A stretch of DNA of 64,000 nucleotides from Tubulanus polymorphus (lineage: Eukaryota; Animalia; Nemertea): positions 16,809,653 through 16,873,652 of the forward strand of contig NC_134028.1 in the NCBI RefSeq assembly GCF_964204645.1. Reading direction: 5' to 3'. This document shows positions 12,601 through 23,261 of this stretch, piece by piece; positions within the stretch are counted from its first letter, which is position 1, and the number at the start of each line of letters is the position of its first letter. The position numbers were made by a program, and so were the translations under genes. The notes below the pieces were generated by a model that was not told where the DNA came from, did not search any database, and saw nothing but the letters and a program-made list of their open reading frames with translations.

Positions 12601-15600
12601 TCAATATTTTGGTTTTATCGCCCGCGATAATTCATTATTTTGGTTTTGTCGCCCGCGATAATTCATTATTTTGGATTTATCGCCCGCGACAATTCATTAT
12701 TACGGTTTTATCGCCCGTGAAAATTCATTATTTTGGTTTTATATTTTGTTTTTGTCGCCCGCGACAATTTTTTTTTGGTTTTGTCGCCCGCGACAAATTT
12801 TTTTTTGGTTTTGTCGCCCGCGACAATTCAATATTTTGGTTTTATCGCCCGCGATAATTCATTATTTTGGTTTTGTCGCCCGCGATAATTCATTATTTTG
12901 GTTTTATCGCCCGCGACAATTCATTATTACGGTTTTATCGCCCGCGACAATTCATCATTTTGGTTTTGTCGCCCGTGACAATTCACCATTTTGGTTTCGT
13001 CGCCCGCGACAATTCACCATTTTGGTTTTGTCGCCCGCGACAATTCATTATTTTGGTTTTATCAACCGCGACAATTCATTATTTTGGTTTTGTCGCCCCG
13101 ACAATTCTTTTTTTGGTTTTGTCGCCCGCGACAATTCATTAGTTTGGTTTTGTCGCCCGCGACAATTCATTAGTTTGGTTTTTGTCGCCCGCGACAATTC
13201 ATTATTTTGGTTTTGTCGCCCGCGACAATTCATTATTTTGGTTTGTCGCCCGCGACAATTCTACTTTTTGGTTTTGTCCCCGCGACAATTCTTCTTTTTG
13301 GTTTTGTCGCCCGAGACAATTCATTATTTTTTTTTAATATTTTGTTTTTGACGTCCGCGACAATTTTTTTTTGGTTTTGTTGCCCGCGACAATTCACCAT
13401 TTTGGTTTTGTCGCCCGCGACAATTCTTTTTTTGGTTTTGTCGCCCGCGACAATTCATTAGTTTGGTTTTGTCGCCCGCGACAATTCAATATTTTGTTTT
13501 TGTCGCCCGCGACAATTCAATATTTTGTTTTTGTCGCCCACGACAATTCAATATTTTGGTTTTATCGCCCGCGACAATTTATTACTTTGGTTTTATCTCC
13601 AGCGACAATTCATTATTTTGGTTTTTTCGCACGTGACAATTCATTATTTTGGTTTTATCGCCCGCGACAATTCATTATTTTGGTATGGTCGCACGCGACA
13701 ATTCATTATTTTGGTTTTATCGCCCGCGACAATTTTTTTTTGGTCGCGGTTTTATCGCCCGCGACAATTCATTAGTTTGGTTTTGTCGCCCGCGACAATT
13801 CAATATTTTGGTTTTGTCGCCAGCGACAATTCAAGATTTTGGTTTTATCGCCCGCGACAATTAAATATTTTGGTTTTATCGCCCGCGACAATTCATTAAT
13901 TTGGTTTTGTCACCCGCGACAAATCAGTATTTTGGTTTTGTCGCCCACGACAATTCAATTTTTTGGTATTATCGCCCGCGACAATTCATTGTTTTGGTTT
14001 TATCGCCCGCGACAATTCATTAATTTGGTTTTGTCACCTGCGACAAATCAATATTTTGGTTTTGTCCCCCGGAACAATTGATTATTTTGGTTTTATCGCC
14101 CGGAACAATTGATTATTTTGGTTTTATCGCCCGCGACAATTCTTTAATTTGGTTTTGTCACCCGCGACAATTTTTTTTTTGTCCCGGTTTTATCGCCTGC
14201 GACACTTCAATGTTTTGTTTTTAACACCTGTGACAATTCAATATTTTGGTTTTATCGCCAGCGACAATTCATTATTTTGGTTTTATCGCCCGCGACAATT
14301 CATTATTTTGGTTTTATCGCCCGCGAAAATTCATTAGTTTGGTTTTGTCGCCCGCGACAATTCAATATCTTGGTTTTGTCCCACGTGACAATTCAATGTT
14401 TTTGGTTTTATCGCCAGCGACAATTCATTATTTTGGTTTTGTCGCCCGCGACAATCCTTCTTTTTAGTTTTGCTGCCCGCGACAATTCATTATTTTGGTT
14501 TTATATTTTGTTTTTGTCGCCCGCGACAATTTTTTTTTGGGTTTTGTCGCCCGTGAAAATTCAATATTTTGGTTTTATCGCCCGCGATAATTCATTATTT
14601 TGGTTTTGTCGCCCGCGATAATTCATTATTTTGGTTTTATCGCCCGCGACAATTCATTATTACGGTTTTATCGCCCGCGACAATTCATTATTTTGGTTTT
14701 ATATTTTGTTTTTGTCGCCCGCGACAATTTTTTTTTTGGTTTTGTCGCCTGCGACAAATTTTTTTTTGGTTTTGTCGCCCGCGACAATTCAATATTTTGG
14801 TTTTATCGCCCGCGATAATTCATTATTTTGGTTTTGTCGCCCGCGACAATCCTTCTTTTTAGTTTTGTTGCCCGCGACAATTCATTATTTTGGTTTTATA
14901 TTTTGTTTTTGTCGCCCGCGACAATTTTTTTTGGGGTTTTGTCGCCCACGAAAATTCAATATTTTGGTTTTATCGCCCGAAACAATTTATTATTTTGGTT
15001 TTATCGCCCGCGACAATTCAATATTTTGGTTTTATCGCCCGCAACAATTCATAGTTTGGTTTTATCGCATGTGACAATTCAATATTTTGGTTTTATCACC
15101 CGCGACAATTCAATATTTTTGTTTTATCGCCCGCGACAATTCATAGTTTGGTTTTATCGCCCCCGACAATTCGTTAGTTTGGTTTTGTCGCCTGTGACAA
15201 TTCAATATTTTGGTTTTATCACCCGCGACAATTCATTAGTTTGGTTTTGTCGCCCGTGACAATTCTTTTTCAGTCCACTTGGGACTTTAGTCCCAGCGGG
15301 CTATTGCGTTCACTTTTCGTCCATCCGTCCATCCATAGACGGAATCCAGTTATTCGGGAAGTTTTGAAGACGCTTCAAGGTAATGTCTTGATATTTGGTT
15401 TATACATGTATCTACCCTAGACACATCGTCAGCCCAAAAACTGGCCCTGTCAGATTCAAGATGGTCGACTGGCAGCCATTGTTGTTTGCCAAAATCAGCA
15501 CTTTTTAAACATTTTCGAAGTTTTCGTGGGAAATTTTGAAGACGCTTTGATCAATTACCTTGATCTTTCGTTTATATTTGAATCTACCAAAGGCCCATCA

Positions 15601-16890
15601 GCATAAGAAAATTGGGTCGATCTGACTCAAGATGGCCGTCCTATGACCTTTTTAGTGCCGAAAAATGTCAATTTGGTTTGCCATTTCTCATTGCAATTGC
15701 TGATGGGTATTCTTTAGAGAGGGATGTTTTATACCTGGGACAGGTATTTTGATCAGCCAATTATGACGCAATTGGCGGCCATCTTGGTGTCATCAGTACT
15801 CATTCGTAGGTGGGAAAAAGTTTTTCCACATTAAATTGATACCTAAGCATATTGTGTTACTATATTCAATTGGAAAGTTGTAGCCCATAACGTGTTCTAT
15901 GATTTTGGTGAGTTTCAAGGTCATTGGTTTTTGTATGTGGCCATCAGTGGGCGTTGAATAATACAATAACTTAGTAACGCTATATTATATTTGTACCAAG
16001 GCATATTTTGTTACCATGATCAATTGCAAAGTTGTACTTCATGACATCTTCTATGATTGTGGTGAGTTTTTAAGGACATTAGTTATTCCATATAGACACC
16101 AGGGGGCGTTGAATAGTAGAAAAGCTTAGTTTTTCCTTATTAGATTGGTACCTAGGCATAGTTTGTTACCATGATCCATTGCAAAGTTGTAGTTCATGAC
16201 ATCGTCTATGATGGTGGTGAGTTTTTAAGGACATTAGTTATTCCATATAGTCACCAGGGGGCGCTGAATAGTAGAACGGCTTAGTATTTCCTTATTAGAT
16301 TGGTACCTAGGCATATTTTGTTACTATGATCAATTGCAAAGTTGTATTTCATGACATGTACTACGATTGTGGTGAGTTTTAAGGTCATTGGGTTTTGCAT
16401 ATGGTCACCAGGGGGCTTTGAATAGTAGAATAACTTAGTATTTCCATATTAAATTGGTAACGAGGCATATTTTGTTATCACAATCGATTACAAAATCAAA
16501 GCTGCTCACATGTTCTATGATTGTGGTGGGTTGTAAGGTCATTGGTTTTTGTATATGGTCGCTAGAGGGCGTTAAGTATTGGAATTGTTAGATTGTTGAG
16601 CATTTGAAACCACTTCCCAAGTGAGCATGGTGTCCCTGGACCCCTAGTTTGGTTTTGTCGCCCCCGACAATTCATTATTTTGGTTTTGTCGCACGCAACA
16701 ATTCAATATTTTGTTTTTACCGTCCGCGACAATTCATTATTTTGGTTTTATCGCCCGCGACAATTCAATATTTTGGTTTTAACAACCGCGACAATTCATT
16801 ATTGTGGTTTTATCGCCCGCGAAAATTCATTATTTTGGTTTTATCGCCCGTGACAATTCAATATTTTGGTTTTGTCGCCCGTGGTTTTGT
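9625..16890. repeat. 31-bp tandem satellite (consensus TTTTGGTTTTRTCGCCCGCGACAATTCATTA) with a 951-bp higher-order repeat; interrupted at 15269-16648
   Basis: Direct reading; diagnostic variant GGTATGGTCGCACGCGAC recurs at ~9850, 10801, 11752 (period 951) and ~13681. Confidence 0.97.
15269..16648 (+). mobile_element. Helentron-like element HINE-A, full length, inserted in a T-run of a satellite monomer
   Basis: 5' CCACTTGGGAC..GTCCCAGCGGGCTA inverted repeat, (GTCC/ATCC)n microsatellite, ~155-bp internal tandem repeats, 3' TCCCAAGTG subterminal repeat, stem-loop and CTAGT; no TSD. Confidence 0.85.
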
Positions 16891-17589
16891 CGGAACATTA
16901 AGTTTTTTGGTCGAACAGTGTGTTAAGGTCGTTTTGGAAATTTACTCGGTCTGGTATATTTTGGATTACTGTGTATGTCATTTGTCAGGACATTAAACAG
17001 AAGACGACGTAGGATACTAACTTGCGTTACTCCACTAGTTAGACCGTCTCATTCCAAGATGAGGCGTTCCGTTGATTTCGGTTACAAGTTTCCGTTCAGA
17101 GATAACTGCTGAGCCATTTGGGCGACCTATCATTGATACTGTTTCCTAATAGCCTGTTTAGTAATGGCTGATGTTGAGCCTTATCAAATGCTTTGTTGAA
17201 ATCCACCGTTGAATAGGATTCTAAGACTGTGCAGAAAACCCGTTATCGCTGTTTTGCAGCTATATTTATTATTATTTTCTTCCACACTATTTTTACCAAA
17301 AGAACATAGGCTTTGTTACCTTACCGCAATTTCATATACAATCCATATAATATCGTTCAGCTCACTGAGATCTACAAATAGCCCGCGTGTTTTTTCACGA
17401 ATCATCGTTACAAAAGCGCTGTCGGGCCGTAAACATCGAAAATTTAGCCCCATTCAATGGGGCGACATGTTTTTCGAGTCGTCATCCCGAAATCAACCCG
17501 CAGGCCGACTGTCACTTCGATTATCAATTCAAGTATAAATGAACTAATTTATTGCCGCAGACTTCACATTCAGTCGCGGTCTTCAAACA

Positions 17590-20500
17590 GTGATTTTAAC
17601 AATAGCCCATTTTTCCTCATCAAATCATATTACCGATACACTGGAAATTTACTACTTTAGATTTTAAAAGCACTGTCGAGCCGTAAACATCGACGAATCG
17701 ACGTGTGTTACTACATCGTCGTTCCGGGGATCAGCTGCGAGTTTCTCCTCATCATGAGAATCAAATCGAGTACAAATTAATTTATTACTACCAGTGATTT
17801 GGCTGCGGGTTTCAAGGAGTTAGTTTAACAATACCTATTTTTCTTTAATATCGATACCGAATTAACCGTGTATTTACTAAGATAAATCTTTAGTGTACCG
17901 GGGAATCGTAGGCCTAAACTAAACACGCCGAAGAGATATAGCGGAGAAAAGCTGTTATGTCGACGAGGTATCAAAATAAAAGAATATATTATTTATTCGG
18001 CCGCGGGCTTCAAACTCTATATCAATACCATCAATACTCTATATTTCCTACAGTACATACCGATCATTGTCAAATGCACAAGGTTTTTACTGAAAACAAG
18101 TATATAACACACTCCTTTCCGTATGCTGGAATCACACCTGACATTCAGAGTAAGCGTTCGCTGAAAGGGGATCGTTCGCTGTGTCGCTTGAAATGTTTAT
18201 CGAGTTTTACGCGGCTTTAGGCCTACCGGTACTGAGCTTTACTAAACAAACACAGTATAATTGTTGCGTTTATTAACGGACTCATTGGATTGAACTTCAA
18301 AACAAAATTTATGATATTTAGGTGGGTTGTTATTCAATAGGCCTACGACCAATCTGTCCAGATTTTAGGCCTACGCATATACGTAGGCTTACATAGGCTA
18401 GTAGCCTCTACTAGGTTAAAGCTAAGTTCACTGTAAAGGAGGAATCAAGATTTATTAAAATGCATGTTAATTAGTGATTAACTGGTTGTGACTTGCAACG
18501 ATCAAACACAATTATCAATTTTATTGCCAAAAATGAAGATTTTTTTGAAAATTTCGTCTGAGCAGACAGCTTTATAAGCCAGACTTTTCATTTGAGTTTT
18601 TTCATCATAAATGAAACTGGTATTTCATTAATTTCTTATGATTTAAGCAGGGCGTAGGTCGGCCTTGCGAAGGCTAGTGACTCACTGCGACGCCAATCAC
18701 TGCTACCGCCAGTGACGATTGTGTCGCAACGACTCATCGACCTACGCTCCCTTGCGACGGGTTGCGACTTTCAGCAACGCCAGTCACAAGGAGTCGCACG
18801 TGTTCTACTTTCTGCGACGCGACACGACTGTCACAACCAACCGACGCGCTCTTGCGACTGGCAGAAACTAGTCGCACACAGTCGCTGACAATCGTATCGC
18901 AACCGACTTGCACCAAAACTTGCAATGCAACGCGAGGATCGCATCGCGTCACAAGGCGACATACGTCCGGCTTTAAGTTACTGCGGAGCCCCAGAAATAT
19001 CTTTTTTTTCGTTCAAAAGACCTTTCGCTTGAAAATTCTTTTGTCGGAACAAAATTTATTTCGTTCCAACCAATAATATTCTGTTCGATTGAACCAATTC
19101 GAAAAAAACGTTAGAACAAACTTTTTTTTGTCCAAACGAAAGGTTTTTTGTTCGAACAATTGTTCGATTGAACAGAATCGTTTGAATTTGATCAGAATTT
19201 TCTTGTCAGAACATTAAGTTTTTCGTTCGAACAAGTATATTGTAAAAAGTTTTTTCTCCGAACCATAAGTATTAAGTATTTCGTTCAACCGAACAGAATT
19301 GTTTTCATTCAAACATTCGTTCGAAAAAATTGTTTTCGCTCAACCAAATTTTTTTGCCGGGACAAAAAGTTTTTCATTTCAACAATAACAAAGCTTTCAG
19401 AATGAAGAAAAGTTTTGGTTCAAACAAAAAGCGTACAAGATTTTCTTGTCGGATCATTAAGTTTTTTGGTCGAACAGCGTGTTAAGGTCGTTTTGGAAAT
19501 TTACTCGGTCTGGTATATTTTGGATTACTGTGTATGTCATTTGTCAGGACATTAAAAACTAATTTTAACAGTTACCCATTTTCCTCATCAAATTATATTA
19601 CTGATACACAGGAAATTTACTACTTTAGATTTCAAAAGCACTGAGAATCAAATCGAGTACAAATTAATTTATTACTACCAGTGATTTGGCTGCGGGCGTT
19701 AAGCAGTTAATTTAGCAATACCTATTTTTCTTTACCAAATTTACCGTGTTTTTACTAAGATAAATCATAAGTGTACCGGGGAGTGGCAGGCCTAAAGTAA
19801 ACACGCCGAAGAGATATAGCGGAGAAAAGCTGTTATGTCGACGAGGTATCAAAATAAAATAATATATTACTTTATTCGGCCGCGGGCTTCAACCTCTATA
19901 TCAATACCATCGATACTCTATATTTCCTACAGCACATACCGATCATTGTCAAATGCACAAGGTATTTACTAAATACAAGTATATAACACACTCCTTTCCG
20001 TATGCTGGACTCACGATTGAAATTTGGAGTAAGCGTTCGCTGTGGGGGAAAGGAGATCGTTCGCTGTGTCGCTTGAAGTGTTTATCGAGTTTTACGTGGC
20101 TTTAGGCCTACCGGTATTGAGCTTTACTGTCTCAAACAAACACAGTATAATTGTTGCGTTTATTAACGGACTCATTGGATTGAACTTCAAAACAAAATTT
20201 TCGACATTTAGGAGGGTTGTTATTCAATAGGCCCACGACCAATCTGTCCGGATGTTAGGCCTACGCATATACATAGGCCTACATAGGCTAGTAGCCTCTA
20301 CTAGGTTAAAGCTAAGTTCACTGTTAATGAGGAATCAGATTTATTAAAGTGTATGTTAATTAGTGATTTACTGGTTCTGACTTGTAACGATCAATCACAA
20401 TTATCAATTTTATTGACAAAAATGTAGATTTTTTTGAAAATTTCGTCTCAGCAGACAGCTTTATAAGCCAGACTTTTCATTTGAGCTTTTTCATCATAAA

Positions 20501-21515
20501 TGAAACTGGTATTTCATTGATTCCTAATGACTTAAGCAGGGCGTAGTTCGGCCTTGCGATGGCTTGTGACTCACTGCGACGCCAATCACTGCGACCGCCA
20601 GCGACAATTGTGTCGCAACGACTCATCGACCTACGCTCCCTTGCGACGGGTTGCGACTTTCAGCAACGCCAGTCACAAGGAGTCGCACGTATTCAACATT
20701 CTGCGACGCGACACGTCTGTCACAACCAACCGACGCGGTCTTGCGACTGGCAGAAACTAGTCGCACACAGTCACTGACAATCGTATCGAAACCGACTTGC
20801 ACCGAAACTTGCGATGCATCGCGAGGATCGCATCGTGTCACAAGGCCGACCTACGTCCAGCGATAAGTTACTGCGGAGCCCAAGAAATATCTTTTTTTTT
20901 TCGTTCAAAAGACCTTTTTCGCTTGAAAATTCTTTCGTCGGAACAAAATTTATTTCGTTCCAACCAATAATATTCTTTTCGATTGAACAAATTTGAAAAA
21001 ATCGTTAGAACAAAGTTGAACAAATTTTTTTTTTGTCCAAACGAAATGTTTTTCGTTCGAACAATCGTTCGATCGAACAGAATCGTTTTAATTTGAACAA
21101 AATTTTCTTGTTAGAACATTAAGTTTTTTATTCAAACAAGCATATTGTAAAAAGTTTTTTCTCCGAACCAAAAGTATTAAGTATTTCATTCAATCAAACA
21201 GAATTGTTTTCATTCAAAAATTCGTTCGAAAAAATTGTTTTCACTCAACCAAATATTTTTGACGGGACAAAATGTTTTTCATTTCAACAATAACATACCT
21301 TTTCATTCGATCACATGTTTTTGTCAGAATGAAGTAAGTTTTGATTCAAACAAAAAGCGTATTGTTCGATCAAACTGAATTGTTTTTACTTGAACAAGAT
21401 TTTCTTGTCGGAACATTAAGTTTTTTGGTCGAACAGCGTGTTAAGTTCGTTTTTTGGAAATTTACTCGGTCTGGTATATTTTGGATTACTGTGTATGTCA
21501 TTTGTCAGGACATTA
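17590..21515 (+). repeat. ~1.95 kb internal tandem duplication inside the outer HINE-B, with GCGAC/GTCGC-rich and CGAAC-rich blocks
   Basis: 17590-19555 aligns with 19556-21515; paralogous ORFs at 18762 and 20651. Confidence 0.85.
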
Positions 21516-21779
21516 AACAGAAGACGACTTAGGATACTACCTTGCGTGACTCCACTAGTTAGACTGACTTGTTCCAAGATGAGGCATTCCGTTGATTTCG
21601 GCTACAAGTTTTCGTTCAGAGATAACTGCTGAGCCATTTGGGCGACCTATCATTGATACTGTTTCCTAATAGCCTGTTAAATAATGGCTGATGTTGTGCC
21701 TTATCAAATGCTTTGTCGAAATCCACCGTTGAACAGGATTCTAAGACTGTGTAGAAAACCCGTTATCGCTGCTTTGCAG

Positions 21780-22046
21780 CTATATTTCAGTTATTATTTT
21801 TCTAATATCATCGATAATAAAATCTTCATCTAATTCATAAAATCTTAAATTCTCTCTAATTAAATCAGTAATCTTTTCTACATTATAAGTTTCTTTATTT
21901 ATTGTTTTTTCATACTCAAATGTTGTTTCATTAAAAAATGTAATATTTTTGATATGAGTTATTACATCATTAATGTTAAATTTAATTTTTTTCTCACGTT
22001 TAAAATCAAATCCAAAACATATACTCGGTCCAACAGTCATATTCAT
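21780..22046 (-). pseudogene. Uncharacterised Polinton B ORF whose 3' end lies at 8319-8224
   Basis: ..DDIRKIITEI continues as YDNHKSSNEINVEIIITKLTKYFEEGDFFY* once 8320-21787 is removed. Confidence 0.65.
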
Positions 22047-22061
22047 TTATATAGTGAAAAA

Positions 22062-22424
22062 TTACTCTTTACATCTTATAACTAATTCATATATCACAGG
22101 AAAGTTATTCAAATCAATTAAGTATCCATTATGATTTCTTATTTCTAACTTAAAATTATTAAATTTTGGAATACTATCACATTCAGCTAAATTATAATTT
22201 ATTTGCGTTCCAAATTGTTTAACATTTTTTAATGGTAAAATATTTAATATACTAGAATTACAAGTTGTATCTTTAGTTGCTTCGAATGTTTTTGTAGGGT
22301 CAATTAAATTGCAATAAATATAAAAATGTGTAAAAGGTATTATATTAGCTATACTATCAACATTTGAATGAAGTTTCTTTGGTGTAAATTCTAGAATTTT
22401 AGCTAATGGTTTTCTCACTATCAT
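22062..22424 (-). pseudogene. Minor capsid (penton, single jelly-roll) C-terminal part, 5'-truncated
   Basis: FYIYCNLI..ILNILPL..FGTQINY..FKLEIRNHNGYLIDLNNFPVIYELVI matches the Polinton penton C-terminal pattern; fused by deletion to pPolB copy 2. Confidence 0.65.
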
Positions 22425-23261
22425 TCCAAATATTCAATGTTCTATTATAAACTTCATCTTTAACATATTCATTTTTTAATTCATCATAATAATCATTTTA
22501 ATAATCATCATTTTAATAATTCAGTTATGTTAAAATCATTATGATTCTTATAAAATGAATATGGAATTGCGCCTTTATATCTCATTAATTGAAAATCCTC
22601 ATTATTTGGATAATGTTGTTTTAATATTTTTAATTCATCATCAACTAATGATTTTGATAAATCATCTAATGAAATGCTTAAAAATCTATACGAATCTATA
22701 AACCTTAGACACCCAAATTGGAAAGATATATAATTCTCAGATGTTTTAGCTAACATTTTAAATTTATGAGTTGGTATTTTATCTTTTGATCTATTTGAAT
22801 TTAATCTTTCTATTTCATTATTGATTTCTTCTATTTTATGACATAGCTGTTTGATAAATAAATGAGCATCATACCCTGATAGATTATCAAATATTACTGG
22901 AACACAGTTAATTCTTCTAGCTTGTAAGTTACAATTCTCATGTGCTGCGTCTTTAAATTTACCATTCAAATGATCATGGTCTCTTACTTTTTTATCAGAT
23001 GAATAGAATACTGGATTACAATAATAACATTTATCTGCTAAATCAAATTCTTCTTTATCTTCTTCTGTCATTATGATTTCTTTATTTTCATTTAACTTTT
23101 CATTAAATTTTATTTCATACTCAATTAATAAGTCACAAAAATGATTGATAACTTCAATTAGTTCTGGATAATCAGATTTTATATATAATCCAAAAGCTGC
23201 AGCAATTTGATCTTTTTAATACTATTTGTTATCTGAGGATCTGAATAATCAATTACATCAT

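Larger units (their letters stand above)
8375..17266 (+). mobile_element. HINE-B inner copy, inserted in the (TTA)n tract of the outer copy and carrying the satellite array
   Basis: Second identical 5' hairpin at 8375 and a 3' end at 17230-17266; removing it restores GATTATTATTATTATTATTTTCTTCC. Confidence 0.82.
8320..21787 (+). mobile_element. Helentron/DINE-1-like non-autonomous element HINE-B, outer copy
   Basis: 5' hairpin TAGGGTTTTCTG-n8-CAGAAAACCCTA, (TTA)n microsatellite, 3' subterminal repeat AGAAAACCC plus stem-loop GCTGCTTTGCAGC-TATATT; inserted in a T-rich site. Confidence 0.8.

Noticed and set aside
9725-15259. Many ORFs (MVLSPATIHYFGFIARDN...)
   Set aside because: Translation artefacts of the 31-bp satellite in three frames.
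9625-16890. CRISPR array (palindromic repeats of CRISPR-like length next to viral genes)
   Set aside because: Monomers are contiguous with only short, re-used AT-rich linkers; no unique spacers, no cas genes, and the context is eukaryotic.
18734-20996. Cys/Thr/Arg-rich ORFs in the duplicated GC-rich blocks
   Set aside because: Open on both strands because of GCGAC/GTCGC repeats; no recognisable domain.
8315-21787. Apparent 7-bp TSD TATATTT around the outer HINE-B
   Set aside because: TATATT is the element's own 3' end (also at 16-22 and 17261), so this is target similarity rather than a duplication.
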